Shown: positions 10,117 through 21,129, counted from the first letter of the stretch. The stretch: DNA of 64,000 nt from Tolypothrix carrinoi HA7290-LM1 (GCA_019358935.1 JAHHIK010000004.1:32001-96000); one strand, 5' to 3'. Numbers and translations: made by a program. The notes: generated by a model not told the origin, from the sequence alone.

Positions 10117-11424
10117 ATGATTATTTATCAAGCTGCTGACTCTGATTTGATTACAATCGCTCAAAAAACGCGACTCGCTGCTAGTTCGTTAGCGGTTCTC
10201 TCTAGTGAAGTGAAAAATCAAGCGATTGAAGCGATCGCTATCGCTTTAGAATCGGCGAAAGATGAAATTTTACAAGCAAATATTACAGATTGTGAAGCGG
10301 CGGCAGAAAAAATTGCCAAACCGCTTTATAAGCGCTTGCAGTTGGATGAACATAAGTTAAGGGATGCGATCGCTGGGGTCCGAGATGTAGGTAAACTAGT
10401 TGATCCAGTCGGTGCAGTGCAGATTCACCGCGAAATTGATACTAACTTAATTCTCAAGCGAATTACTTGTCCTTTAGGCGTTTTGGGCGTTATTTTTGAA
10501 GCGCGTCCGGAAGCGGCAATTCAAATTGCAACTCTTGCTATTAAGTCGGGCAATGGTGTTATTCTCAAAGGTGGAAAAGAAGCGATTCGTTCTTGCGAAG
10601 CGATAGTTAAAGCAATTAAACAAGGATTATCTCAAACGGCTGTTAATCCCGATGCGGTGCAATTGCTGACAACAAGAGAAGAAACTTTAGAACTTTTGAA
10701 GTTAGATAAATATGTAGATTTAATTATTCCTAGAGGTTCTAATTCTTTTGTCAGATTTGTGCAGGAAAATACCCGCATCCCTGTGTTAGGTCACGCTGAT
10801 GGAATTTGTCATCTTTATGTAGATAAAGCCGCTGATATTGCCAAAGCTGTGACGATTACAATTGATTCTAAAACTCAATATCCGGCTGCTTGTAATGCGA
10901 TTGAAACTTTATTAGTTCACTCGGATATTGCGACAACATTTTTACCAAAAGTTGCTGATGCTTTGCAAAAAGTTAATGTGGAATTAAGAGGAGATGAACG
11001 TACCCGCGAAATTTTACCTAATATTGTAGCTGCAACAGAAGAAGACTGGGAAACTGAATACAGCGATTTGATTTTGTCAATTAAAATTGTCGATTCTTTA
11101 CAAGAGGCGATCGCACATATTAACGATTATGGTTCTCGTCATACGGAAGCGATCGTTACTGAAGATGTAGAAGCTGCGGAAACTTTCTTAGCGCTAGTAA
11201 ATGCAGCTGGAGTTTACCACAACTGTTCTACTCGCTTTGCTGATGGTTTCCGTTACGGTTTCGGTGCAGAAGTAGGAATTAGTACTCAACAAATGCCGCC
11301 ACGGGGTCCGGTCGGTTTAGAAGGTTTGGTAACATACAAGTATCAAATGATTGGCGATGGTCAGGTTGTAAGTACTTACACTGGAAAGAATGCTAAATCT
11401 TTTATTCATAGAGATTTGAAATAA
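10117..11424 (+). CDS. proA: Glutamate-5-semialdehyde dehydrogenase
   Basis: [61 protein letters not shown] at 10117 preferred over GTG at 10093. Confidence 0.95.
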   Translation: MIIYQAADSDLITIAQKTRLAASSLAVLSSEVKNQAIEAIAIALESAKDEILQANITDCEAAAEKIAKPLYKRLQLDEHKLRDAIAGVRDVGKLVDPVGAVQIHREIDTNLILKRITCPLGVLGVIFEARPEAAIQIATLAIKSGNGVILKGGKEAIRSCEAIVKAIKQGLSQTAVNPDAVQLLTTREETLELLKLDKYVDLIIPRGSNSFVRFVQENTRIPVLGHADGICHLYVDKAADIAKAVTITIDSKTQYPAACNAIETLLVHSDIATTFLPKVADALQKVNVELRGDERTREILPNIVAATEEDWETEYSDLILSIKIVDSLQEAIAHINDYGSRHTEAIVTEDVEAAETFLALVNAAGVYHNCSTRFADGFRYGFGAEVGISTQQMPPRGPVGLEGLVTYKYQMIGDGQVVSTYTGKNAKSFIHRDLK

Positions 11425-11425
11425 T

Positions 11426-11457
11426 GTAGGGTGCGTTACTTCGTTAACGCACCCTAC
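11426..11457. repeat. REP-like palindrome GTAGGGTGCGTTA-N-TAACGCACCCTAC (also 17692-17725, ~34813-34846, ~55701-55735)
   Basis: Recurrent intergenic palindromes near gene ends. Confidence 0.85.
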
Positions 11458-11461
11458 TAAA

Positions 11462-12877
11462 TTATACTAATGCTTTCAATAACGCTTGAAGTTTAAGTTG
11501 AATTTCTGCTAGTTCTTTGTCGGGATCGGAACCTGCGACGATACCTGCACCTGCATAAAGTCTAGCGCGATCGCCATCAATCAATGCCGAACGAATTCCG
11601 ACAATAAACTCGCAGTTCCCGTCAGAATCTACCCAACCCAGTGGCGCCGCATATAAACCCCTCTCAAAGCTTTCGTGACGAAGAATTTCTGCACAGGCAA
11701 TATCTCTGGCTGCACCGGCAACGGCTGGTGTAGGATGCAATTGAGCGACTATTTTTAACGGGTGTACGTTAGCCGGAATTATAGCGCTAATTGGTGTCCA
11801 TAAATGCTGAATGTTAGATAATTGTCGCAGACGCGGTGATAACATTTGCGGTAATAAACCTAGTTCAGATAGGCGTTGAGTGATAAAATCAATTACTAGC
11901 GAATGTTCGTGCCTTTCTTTTTCACTATTTAGCAGGCGATCGGCGTTTGCTGCATCTTCAGCAGGTGTTTTTCCTCTAGGTGCAGAACCTGCCAAAGCAT
12001 CAGTAATTAACTGTTTTTTGTGAATGCTAATTAACCGTTCTGGACTTGCGCCAATAAAGTTTTGTCCCTTCCCATTACTTGTAGAAAATACATAACAATT
12101 AGGATGTAATTGTCGAAGATTGTTTAAAGATTGAACTAAGTTAAATTCATGACTTGATTTTACATCTAACACATCCGCTAAAACAACTTTACTCAAGTGA
12201 TTAGCGCTAATTTGTGACAAAGCAGATAAAACTGAAAGTTTAAATTTCTCAGGGTTGGGTAGAGTTTTTTTACTGTATTTACGTCGAGAATAATCAATAT
12301 TTATTGCATTTGCTTCTAAAGATTGAATTTTCTCTACTTGTTCGCAAAGGTTATGTAATAATTTGTGAATATTTACGCTCTTGTTAATGATTGTATTCGC
12401 AACTAATATACAGCGTTCATTTTTCACAGCTACTTGCCAACGGGGTAAAAAAATGGTACCCGCAGGAAATGGATAATCAAGTTGGGCATTTTTATCAAAA
12501 AAACTGAAGCAACAAAAAAAGTGAGCGCGAGAAAAAGGTAAATTTGTACTACCGAAATTAATTATATTTTTGAGACAATCTTTGATAAAATTTTCAGCTA
12601 TAATAAAACGCTCTTTGTCGGCAATTTGTAATTTGGCGACAGCATCAATGGCAGCGATCGCTTCTTTTTTGCCTCTGTTCTCAAAGTAAAAATTTATTTC
12701 ATTTGCTTGATTAAGTTGTTCAAGTACTATCAAAGGATCAACATAGTCAATCTCCAGCGAAATACTAACAATCTGCCGACAATGATTTTGACGGCAATTT
12801 TCTTGAACCGCTAACAGAAATTGGTATAGCTCTTTATTATATACGCTTAAGTTGGCGCGACATGGTGAAACTGTCAT
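11462..12877 (-). CDS. menF: Isochorismate synthase
   Basis: GASPERL, ALAGS, KERHEH, LHPTPAV, IRSA, YAGAGIV; divergent from menA; start at 12877 estimated. Confidence 0.9.
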   Translation of the reverse strand: MTVSPCRANLSVYNKELYQFLLAVQENCRQNHCRQIVSISLEIDYVDPLIVLEQLNQANEINFYFENRGKKEAIAAIDAVAKLQIADKERFIIAENFIKDCLKNIINFGSTNLPFSRAHFFCCFSFFDKNAQLDYPFPAGTIFLPRWQVAVKNERCILVANTIINKSVNIHKLLHNLCEQVEKIQSLEANAINIDYSRRKYSKKTLPNPEKFKLSVLSALSQISANHLSKVVLADVLDVKSSHEFNLVQSLNNLRQLHPNCYVFSTSNGKGQNFIGASPERLISIHKKQLITDALAGSAPRGKTPAEDAANADRLLNSEKERHEHSLVIDFITQRLSELGLLPQMLSPRLRQLSNIQHLWTPISAIIPANVHPLKIVAQLHPTPAVAGAARDIACAEILRHESFERGLYAAPLGWVDSDGNCEFIVGIRSALIDGDRARLYAGAGIVAGSDPDKELAEIQLKLQALLKALV

Positions 12878-13124
12878 GGATCTAAATTTAGTAAACTTTT
12901 TTGAAGTTATCTTCCTAAAGTGCAATAATTCGTGGTCGTATTTTTACAGGTAGCATATTCAGTCGCTGTTTAACCAGCGTAGTGGCTAAGTGCAAATCAC
13001 GATGTTGCAATACTCCTTGATGTCATGCTCAGTTTAAAGCAAATCAGTCACAGAAAAAATGGCGATCGTTGCACATCTGACTTTTGTTTCGGTATAAGAT
13101 TGAAACCATAATTGCTTACACAAG

Positions 13125-14030
13125 ATGACTACAAAGCTGATTTCATATCCCAACAAAAAATTATGGATGGCGGCAATTAAACCGCCGATGTACAGCGTTG
13201 CTATTATGCCTATCTGGGTAGGAACTGCTGTAGCTATTGCGGAAACCAGGATTTTTCATGGAGCAGTTTTTTCTACTTTTTTAGCATCTGCAATTTTAAT
13301 TTTGGCGTGGGAAAATCTCAGTAATGATGTTTTTGATTCCGAGACGGGGATTGATAAAAATAAACATCATTCTTTGGTAAATTTAACTGCCAATAAAGCA
13401 TTAATATTTTGGTTAGGAAATTCTTGTTTGGGATTAGGTTTATTGGGGATACTAGCAATAGCGTGGTGGCAGCAAGACCTAACTGTGATTGGGATAATTT
13501 TGTTGTGCTGTGCCTTAGGCTACATGTACCAAGGACCTCCCTTTCGTTTAGGATACCAGGGCTTAGGGGAAATTCTTTGCTTTTTCGCCTTTGGTCCATT
13601 AGCAGTGACGGCAGCATACTACAGTCAAACCCAAAGCTGGAACATGACAAGTTTAGCAGCTTCGGTGTTCGTGGGGATTGCCACGAGTTTAATTTTATTT
13701 TGTTCGCACTTTCACCAAGTTAAGGATGACATAGCTGCGGGCAAGCGATCGCCTATCGTCCGTCTCGGTACCGCTAGAGGTGCGAAGGTTTTAACTGGGT
13801 TCACAGCAAGTATTTACCCTCTGTGCTTGCTGTTTGTCATGTTGGGGATGTTCCCCGTGTGGACATTGCTGAGTTGGGTGAGTTTACCCTTTGCCTTCAA
13901 GCTATGCAACCACGTTTTGCAAAATCATAACCAGCCAGAAAAAGTCAGCAACTGTAAATTCATCGCTGTTGCCGTGCATTTTTGGAGTTGCTTGCTGTTC
14001 GGTTTGGGTTTTATGCTGTCAGGAGGTTAG
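13125..14030 (+). CDS. menA: 2-carboxy-1,4-naphthoquinone phytyltransferase
   Basis: AAIKPPMYSVA, NDVFD, YQGPPFRLGY; UbiA-type membrane protein in the men cluster. Confidence 0.93.
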   Translation: MTTKLISYPNKKLWMAAIKPPMYSVAIMPIWVGTAVAIAETRIFHGAVFSTFLASAILILAWENLSNDVFDSETGIDKNKHHSLVNLTANKALIFWLGNSCLGLGLLGILAIAWWQQDLTVIGIILLCCALGYMYQGPPFRLGYQGLGEILCFFAFGPLAVTAAYYSQTQSWNMTSLAASVFVGIATSLILFCSHFHQVKDDIAAGKRSPIVRLGTARGAKVLTGFTASIYPLCLLFVMLGMFPVWTLLSWVSLPFAFKLCNHVLQNHNQPEKVSNCKFIAVAVHFWSCLLFGLGFMLSGG

Positions 14031-14037
14031 TGGATAG

Positions 14038-14206
14038 TGGGGCATGGGGCATGGGGCATGGGGCATGGGGCATGGGGCATGGGGCATGGGGCATGGGGCA
14101 TGGGGCATGGGGCATGGCGACTGGAAAAAGAATTATTACCCATTACCCATTACCCATTCCCAATTCCCAATTCCCAATGCCCAATGCCCATTGCCCATTG
14201 CCCATT
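14038..14206. repeat. STRR array: (TGGGGCA)x11 followed by complementary CCCA(A/T)T(A/T/G) heptamers
   Basis: Read directly; explains the spurious MGHGAWG ORF extensions. Confidence 0.95.
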
Positions 14207-14225
14207 AACAACCAACTTGCAATTG

Positions 14226-15320
14226 ATGCGCTATCGATTTGAATTTCGTCCTTATCGACGGAGATTCATACGTCCCCTCGTTACGAGTCACGGTACTTGG
14301 GATATCCGCGACGGTATTATTCTTTGCCTCAGCGATGAAACAAATATTGGCTGGGGAGAAATTGCGCCTATTAGCTGGTTTGGTTCGGAAACCATAGAAC
14401 AAGCTTTATCATTTTGTCGCCAGCTACCCACGGAAATTACTGAGGAAACGATTTTCTCTATCCCAGATGAGTTACCCGCTTGTCAATTTGGCTTTGAGTC
14501 AGCGCTTTGGGGAGGGGGGAGTGTGGGAGGACAAGGGGGACAAGGAGGACAAGGAGGACAAGGAGGAATATCTCCCCCCTCTCCCTTGTCTTCCCCATCT
14601 CCCTTGTCTCCCTTGTCTCCCTTGTCTTCCCCCACTCCCCCTCTCCCCATCCCCCCCTCTCCCCCTCCCCACTCCCTCACCTACAGTGCTTTATTACCAG
14701 CAGGTGAGGCTGCTTTGGAACAATGGCAGAAGTTATGGGAACAGGGATATCGCACGTTTAAGTGGAAAATTGGAGTGTATGCGATCGCCTATGAACTGAA
14801 AATTTTTGAGTTACTCACTCAAGCTTTACCACCCTCAGCAAAACTGCGATTAGATGCAAACGGGGGACTCAGCTATGAAGATGCAAATTTATGGCTGTGG
14901 ACTTGCGATAATCATCAAGCCAATCAAAACCGAGTGGAAATTGAATTTATCGAACAACCGCTACCTGTAGATCAATTTCTCTTAATGCTGGAATTGTCTG
15001 ATTGCTATGGTACAGCGATCGCTTTAGATGAATCTGCCGCCACACTCAAACAACTTGAATGCTGCTTCCAACAAGGCTGGCGAGACATTTTTGTAATTAA
15101 ATCAGGAATAGTCGGTTCACCATCTCGTCTGCGTCAGTTTTGCCAAAAACATAAAATTGATGCTGTATTTTCATCGGTATTTGAAACTGAAATTGGCAGA
15201 CAAGCTGCACTTAACTTAGCAGCGGAATTATCTCAGCATAATCGCGCAGTTGGATTTGGTGTTAACCATTTTTTTGAGCAAGAGAAGGATAATTGGCTTG
15301 AAAATCTATGGAAATTTTAG
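14226..15320 (+). CDS. menC: o-succinylbenzoate synthase with in-frame low-complexity insertion
   Basis: GWGEIAP, TFKWKIG, LRLDANG, EFIEQP, ALDES enolase-superfamily motifs; likely start ATG 14226 (MRYRFEF). Confidence 0.9.
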   Translation: MRYRFEFRPYRRRFIRPLVTSHGTWDIRDGIILCLSDETNIGWGEIAPISWFGSETIEQALSFCRQLPTEITEETIFSIPDELPACQFGFESALWGGGSVGGQGGQGGQGGQGGISPPSPLSSPSPLSPLSPLSSPTPPLPIPPSPPPHSLTYSALLPAGEAALEQWQKLWEQGYRTFKWKIGVYAIAYELKIFELLTQALPPSAKLRLDANGGLSYEDANLWLWTCDNHQANQNRVEIEFIEQPLPVDQFLLMLELSDCYGTAIALDESAATLKQLECCFQQGWRDIFVIKSGIVGSPSRLRQFCQKHKIDAVFSSVFETEIGRQAALNLAAELSQHNRAVGFGVNHFFEQEKDNWLENLWKF

Positions 15321-16750
15321 ATTATATCAAACGTCAAAATGATGATTGGCTTATCAAAGGCGATCGCTTTCATTTTCAACAATTATTTGAAAACTTTTAT
15401 TTAGAATTATTAGCATACAAAACACCACAAAAAATCATCTTAGCAGAACGCGAACCCGTGCGTTTTTTAGCAGGCTTTCTTGCCGCTTGTGCAGCTAATT
15501 GTCCTGTTTTTCTTTGTAACCCCGACTGGGGAAAACAAGAATGGCAAGAAGTATTTAATTTAGTACAGCCAAACCTCATTTTAGGAGATGGCGATTCGGG
15601 AGGATGGAACAGAATTGTTTATGCCCCATTACCTATGCCCCATTACCCCTTCGGGGTTCGCCAGTCGCTCATGGGGGAAACCCCCAAGACCGCGCTGGCT
15701 CACCAATTACCAATTACCAATACAATCATGATTCCCACAGGTGGTTCATCGGGAAAGATTAAATTTGCCATCCACACTTGGGACACCCTCATGGCATCTG
15801 TAAAAGGATTTACCGAATATTTTCAGCTAAATAAAGTTAATTCCTTTTGTGTATTGCCACTATATCACGTCAGCGGTTTAATGCAATTTATGCGTTCCTT
15901 TACCACTGGTGGCAAACTCGCTATTTTCCCCTTTAAAGAAGTAGAATCAAATCAAATATATCATATTGAACCATCGGAATTTTTTATATCTTTAGTTCCA
16001 ACACAATTACAACGTCTTCTACAAAATCCAGATTTAACAACGTGGCTATCCCAATTTCAAACTGTACTTTTAGGAGGTGCGCCAGCTTGGAATGAACTTT
16101 TAGAAAAAGCGAGATTTTACCGTATTCGATTAGCACCAACTTACGGGATGACAGAAACCGCTTCGCAAATTGCCACAGTCAAACCTGACGATTTCCTCAA
16201 TGGTAAAATTAGCAGCGGTCAAATCCTCCCTCACGCCAAAATAACAATTTGTAATGAACAAGGCGAGGTTTTGAATTCAAATCAAAAAGGAAATATTATT
16301 ATAACATCTCAATCTTTAGCCCTTGGTTACTATCCAGAAATATGGAAAAATCAGGATTACTTACAAGTTGATGATTTAGGTTTCTTAGATAACGATGGTC
16401 ATTTAAATATTGTTGGACGCAGCAGTAATAAAATCATTACCGGCGGTGAAAACGTCTACCCAATCGAAATTGAATCAGCAATTAGAGCAACTAAAATGGT
16501 AAACGATGTTTGTGTAATTGGCATCCCAGATAAACAATGGGGACAAGCGATAACAGCCATTTATATACCCAAAAAAGCAAAGACATCTAGCTTAGAAATC
16601 CAAAACATACTCAAAGATAAACTTTGCAAATTCAAAATTCCCAAACACTGGATTTGCGTCCCAACATTACCTCGTAACACTCAAGGCAAAATCAACCACC
16701 AGCAGCTACAACAAATAGTAACAAACCTACTCCAAACCTCCCCCAAATAA
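15308..16750 (+). CDS. menE: 2-succinylbenzoate--CoA ligase
   Basis: PTGGSSGKIK, LPLYHVSG, YGMTET, DDLG, TGGENVYP, GKI; overlaps the menC end. Confidence 0.92.
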   Translation: MEILDYIKRQNDDWLIKGDRFHFQQLFENFYLELLAYKTPQKIILAEREPVRFLAGFLAACAANCPVFLCNPDWGKQEWQEVFNLVQPNLILGDGDSGGWNRIVYAPLPMPHYPFGVRQSLMGETPKTALAHQLPITNTIMIPTGGSSGKIKFAIHTWDTLMASVKGFTEYFQLNKVNSFCVLPLYHVSGLMQFMRSFTTGGKLAIFPFKEVESNQIYHIEPSEFFISLVPTQLQRLLQNPDLTTWLSQFQTVLLGGAPAWNELLEKARFYRIRLAPTYGMTETASQIATVKPDDFLNGKISSGQILPHAKITICNEQGEVLNSNQKGNIIITSQSLALGYYPEIWKNQDYLQVDDLGFLDNDGHLNIVGRSSNKIITGGENVYPIEIESAIRATKMVNDVCVIGIPDKQWGQAITAIYIPKKAKTSSLEIQNILKDKLCKFKIPKHWICVPTLPRNTQGKINHQQLQQIVTNLLQTSPK

Positions 16751-16759
16751 TCTCTCTAT

Positions 16760-17160
16760 CCTCTTACCTTGGCGTCCTTGGCGTCTTCTCCTTCTCCTGT
16801 CGGAGACGCTGCGCGAACAAAGACGCGTTGGCGTTCGCCCTTGGCGTTGCCGCAGGCTAGCCTCTAGGAGAGCGTAGCGTCTCCCTTTGGGAGAAGAGAA
16901 GCGCGTTGGCAAAGCCTCTAGGAGAGCGCAGCGTCTCCCTTTGGGAGAAGAGAAGGCGGTTCGTTATCGTCGCTTCGCTCCTGGGTGTGGGGTTGCAGTG
17001 ATGGGGTGTGGGGAATACCTTGAAGAATGCTCACACCCCGCCCCAGGAGCATTCGGGTTTAAGACCCCACCGTCTTACGGTGTATAAAGGTTGGTTGGGG
17101 TTAGAATCCCCATCCAACCGAACCCTACACCCCACACCCTACCCCCTACACCCTGTTCAA
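16760..17160. repeat. Cluster of small dispersed repeats plus a MITE-like unit bounded by GGGTGTGG/CCCTACAC arms (~16982-17155)
   Basis: Duplicated GCCTCTAGGAGAGCG-AGCGTCTCCCTTTGGGAGAAGAGAAG units; complementary terminal arms. Confidence 0.65.
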
Positions 17161-17168
17161 TAACCCCC

Positions 17169-17615
17169 TCACATAGCCTCTCTAGACCTTCTTCTCTCTG
17201 CGCTCTCAGCGTCTCTGCGGTTCGTTTCCAACCATCGCATCAGCTCACCCGATAACTCCCTTTTACTTCTACTACTTACCTCAATACAAACGTGCCTAGT
17301 AACTGCCTTAGCAACCATTACACCATCAACTACAACTTCATAAGCAACTTCAAACTTATCAACACCGAGTTTTTGCGGAATCAAGCTAATAATTAACTTA
17401 TCCCCACAAAACATCGGGCGAAAAAAATCTACATCCGCGTGAACAATCGGAAAAGCCACAGATGTACTACTAAAAAAATCTTTGATATTAATACTTGATA
17501 CTTCTAAAGATGCTTCATAAGCTTCATGACAAATAGATAAAACATTGGCAAAGTAAACTACCCCAGCGGCATCAGTATCTGAAAATCGAACGGTGCGGTT
17601 ATAAGTAAACGGCAT
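17169..17615 (-). CDS. 1,4-dihydroxy-2-naphthoyl-CoA thioesterase (4HBT hotdog fold)
   Basis: [16 protein letters not shown] motif; adjacent to menE. Confidence 0.85.
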   Translation of the reverse strand: MPFTYNRTVRFSDTDAAGVVYFANVLSICHEAYEASLEVSSINIKDFFSSTSVAFPIVHADVDFFRPMFCGDKLIISLIPQKLGVDKFEVAYEVVVDGVMVAKAVTRHVCIEVSSRSKRELSGELMRWLETNRRDAESAERRRSREAM

Positions 17616-17739
17616 ATTTTATAATTAGCGAAAAAAATAGCAGGCTTATAACCTGCTACCAAAAATGATTTTACTGCAACTAGAACAATTTGTATGGTGC
17701 GTTAACAGAGTGTAACGCACCCTACTATAATTTCATGTT

Positions 17740-18807
17740 TCAATTTAATGGGTAATAAATGTCTTCAGAGTGAGGATTAAGGTAGGGACGCTGCAAATCT
17801 ATATTTAGCTGCGTAAAGTGTTGAGCGATCGCTTTCATTCTCTCCTCAGTACTATTATCACCTTTTTGCCAAACTGACAACAAAGAAGAAGCGACAATTT
17901 GACAACGATTCACGCCAAAATTCTCTTGTGCGGCAAATTTTTGGCTTGGTTCTTCAGCTAAACTCAAGCCAGGGGCTAAAAACTTGGTAAATAAAGGTAT
18001 TTCTGGCTGAAAATAAGATTTATACTCTGAATAAACAGCTTGAAGTACTTTCCGCACTGCTGGATAGTCGTTGCGTTGAAAATACAGCATCCCAGAGTCG
18101 TAACGTCCATACGCACAAGGGTTGTAAAGAACTTGAAAGTTAAAGAAAATCTCAGCCGCGTTTAATTGTTGGGTGAGACTATCCATGAGAGCGATCGCTC
18201 CATCAGGAGTTACATTAAAATAAATTCGCCCCATATCCAAATCAACGTCTGGATTATTGCTAACTGCTAAATAATAATTATTTTGCAGTCGATTTTTTGG
18301 CATCCAAATTCCAACCAACTTACCAACTTTGGCAGACTCCATACTTGGTTGCATAGGCGAGTTATACTCAACATGCAATGTCAAACCGTCTTTAATTACT
18401 ACCAGAGTACCATCAGGTTCTTGCCGCAAAACTTGCCAACCAGCATCAAAATAACCTATGCCGTGATTGCTAGCATCTAATCGTTCGTAAAATTCCCAAT
18501 CAGTACCGAAAATATAATTGTTTTCTAAAGTTTGATGTGGTAATAAATTAGCTGGTTTGGCATTTAGTGCCAAAATGTTTTGCAAAGAACCATTGTAATA
18601 AATTCCGTAAATAAAATTTCGCAGCAGCAAAGTCAGATATTTACGCTGCAATGCTGGCAGATTTTGTTGAAATCTGTCTGCTACTTTTTTTGGCAAGGCA
18701 AACGGTTGATAATTCGGATGAATAATGCAAAAGTTGGACTCAATCTGAATATTGCTGGCAATGTCAAACAGAGAATCTAGTAGTTGATTGGTAGGAGTAT
18801 ATAGCAT
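17740..18807 (-). CDS. HopA1-like domain protein (putative phospho-Ser/Thr lyase)
   Basis: RIYFNVTPDG, GRYDSGMLYF, PLFTKFLAPGLSLAEEP, FGVNRC; directly downstream of a phosphotransferase. Confidence 0.75.
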   Translation of the reverse strand: MLYTPTNQLLDSLFDIASNIQIESNFCIIHPNYQPFALPKKVADRFQQNLPALQRKYLTLLLRNFIYGIYYNGSLQNILALNAKPANLLPHQTLENNYIFGTDWEFYERLDASNHGIGYFDAGWQVLRQEPDGTLVVIKDGLTLHVEYNSPMQPSMESAKVGKLVGIWMPKNRLQNNYYLAVSNNPDVDLDMGRIYFNVTPDGAIALMDSLTQQLNAAEIFFNFQVLYNPCAYGRYDSGMLYFQRNDYPAVRKVLQAVYSEYKSYFQPEIPLFTKFLAPGLSLAEEPSQKFAAQENFGVNRCQIVASSLLSVWQKGDNSTEERMKAIAQHFTQLNIDLQRPYLNPHSEDIYYPLN

Positions 18808-18874
18808 TTTAAAATGTAGTAAGCGCTTAAGCGCTTTAATAGATGAGCGGTAAACCGCTCACTACGAACTTAAC

Positions 18875-20110
18875 TTAACACCCACGCAGACGAGTTTTTG
18901 GGTAATAAAGAGGAAGCAAATTCTGCTTGCTTTCTGGTTGAGGCAACTTTTCTAATTTGGTAACGGGTTTGAGTATTTCCGATTCAGAAATACCGAAAAC
19001 GGTTAGCACAGCAAGCTGTGGCATGGTGAGTAAATTTTTGGCGACTTGAAGCATTGAAATGCTGATATTATCAAAGTATTTATCGTACTTAATCGTTGCC
19101 TCAATTTGATGCATCAGTGCTAAACCCGCAAACTGAATAACACGCAAGAGAAAATCATTACGATACTCTAAAATGTTGGGGAAGGCTTTGAGATAAGCTT
19201 GAGTCAGGGCAAGCATTGAAGGTTGAAGAGTCTCTAATGGTGTCACCGCTAATTGCAAAGATTCTTCTAATTCGATGGTGGGATCTACCACCAGACTGTC
19301 TAGCCAAATTTTTAAATAGCTTGCTAGCAAAGTTCCTAAATCAAAGGCTGGATCTCCCCAGGCACATGCTTCCCAGTCAATCAGCCGGACGATCGCATTA
19401 TCTAGGTGTTCCCACCTGGAATGGATCAAAATGTTGTCTAATTTCAGGTCGTTATGAGTCAAGCAGCAAGGTTGCCAATCGTTTGCTAAGTCTCCAATTG
19501 CTGATTCTAAATTGTCGTGACCCTGGTAGTAAGCATAAAATTTCAGCGCAGGAGTGGGAACCATGCCAAAAATCTCAGGTGTAATTGACTCGATTCCTTG
19601 CGCTGGATTGTTGAAGTGATAGCGAAACTGTCCTGCGGGAGCTGTTGCCATAAAATCGCGATACTCACGACGGTTGAATGTAGCACGATGCAGCGCTCCT
19701 AAGGTGTCACCAATGGTACTGGCGATCGCTTCCGGGAAAATATCGTTTTGTTGATAATAATTCCCCAGTTCCTGATACTCACTTAAGTAGTTGCGGATCA
19801 GGATCGAGTTTTCTTCATCGAAGTGCAGCACTTCGGAGGCGATCGCTCCGATGTTACCAATGACTGGAAATTGCTCAAGCAATTGGTCAAACAGCCACTC
19901 ATTGAAAAATTGCTCTTTTCCATCCAAAAGGTCAATGCTACGTTTTTGTTTAACCAGCAGTTTGCGATTATCTGCCAGAGTAACCAGTAAATTTAAATTT
20001 TTCTTACTTTCAGGTAACTCAGAATTAGAGGATGCGCCATCTTCTGAGCTACACAGACCTGAAGAACGCAGATACTGGATAACGTTATGAGAAGACAGTG
20101 AAACTACCAT
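18875..20110 (-). CDS. APH/choline-kinase-family phosphotransferase
   Basis: LLVKQ, LTHNDLKLDNIL (Brenner motif), LIDWE, GDPAFDLG. Confidence 0.85.
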   Translation of the reverse strand: MVVSLSSHNVIQYLRSSGLCSSEDGASSNSELPESKKNLNLLVTLADNRKLLVKQKRSIDLLDGKEQFFNEWLFDQLLEQFPVIGNIGAIASEVLHFDEENSILIRNYLSEYQELGNYYQQNDIFPEAIASTIGDTLGALHRATFNRREYRDFMATAPAGQFRYHFNNPAQGIESITPEIFGMVPTPALKFYAYYQGHDNLESAIGDLANDWQPCCLTHNDLKLDNILIHSRWEHLDNAIVRLIDWEACAWGDPAFDLGTLLASYLKIWLDSLVVDPTIELEESLQLAVTPLETLQPSMLALTQAYLKAFPNILEYRNDFLLRVIQFAGLALMHQIEATIKYDKYFDNISISMLQVAKNLLTMPQLAVLTVFGISESEILKPVTKLEKLPQPESKQNLLPLYYPKTRLRGC

Positions 20111-20905
20111 GTATTATTTCCTAATTCGTAAAATTAAAGAGCGTAAATCACCTAGATCCAGATTGGCTTAACTTTTATAGCTCGTGGTAGACAGCAATAA
20201 CACTGGGAATATTAATCACGATGATTACAATCTACTAATATCCGATCCCCAAAAGAAAAACCTGCCAAAATGGCAATTCTGTCTTTACTATTCCTTTAAA
20301 GTAAATTCTTTACCTGACTAAGCATTTTTACTTGAATTGATATTTAGTTTTGTGGTTAAGCTTTTTGCTGTTGTTCACTTTCCGGCTTTCTGGGCGTTCA
20401 AGAAAAATTCACGCATTAATTTTTCACTTCGCAATAAAAGCAAGTGCGAAATCAACTGTTTATGAGATGATTTCGCAATATTATTAGTATCTTCAGATGT
20501 TCACCGCGCACTAGACAACAAAATCGCTCTAACTTAGATAGGGCGGGTCATTCATGCTATTTGCGTGCATATTGCGATCGCTTCGTTTTCCTCTTTTTTT
20601 GAAAATGATTTTTTTAAGCCACATTTTTACCATCATCCCCAAATAACGATTGAGCTACGGTTTTTAACTAATTCCCAAAAAAACAAACATTTGCTCATGA
20701 ACTGAATCACAAGCAAACAAAACTGAGTCATGGTAAATATTGATTGATATTATGCTGCCATTTATATTCATTTACAATAAGATATTTCGGTTACATAAAT
20801 CAAGTGATAAGTTTTAATTGTGTTATATACAGCAGAGCCAATATAAATCTAATCAATTTAAATTCAAATACAGGCAATCTTGAAGTACTTACGTATCTAG
20901 CTACA

Positions 20906-20992
20906 GGGGAAAGGGGAAAGGGGAAAGGGGAAAGGGGAAAGGGGAAAGGGGGAAGGGGAAGGGGAAAAGGGGAAAGGGGAAAGGGGAAAGGA
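20906..20992. repeat. STRR (GGGGAAA)n; complementary short array at ~22944-22982
   Basis: Read directly from the sequence. Confidence 0.9.
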
Positions 20993-21129
20993 AAATTAAG
21001 AATTATTGAAATATGCACCCTTGATTTTCTTTACCTTTACCCTTTACCCTTCTTCGGTAATATAAATGTACTAATAAAGGTATACTAACTAAAAAGAATC
21101 ATGGAGGTGAAAAAAATAGTAGGCATCAG

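Noticed and set aside
14037..14225. N-terminal MGHGAWG extension of MenC and the overlapping 86-aa ORF
   Set aside because: Translation of an STRR array; MenC-like sequence begins at ATG 14226
20744..21088. GKGERGKG ORF as a precursor for the kinase/HopA1 pair
   Set aside because: Derived from a (GGGGAAA)n STRR, on the opposite strand, and not Ser/Thr-rich
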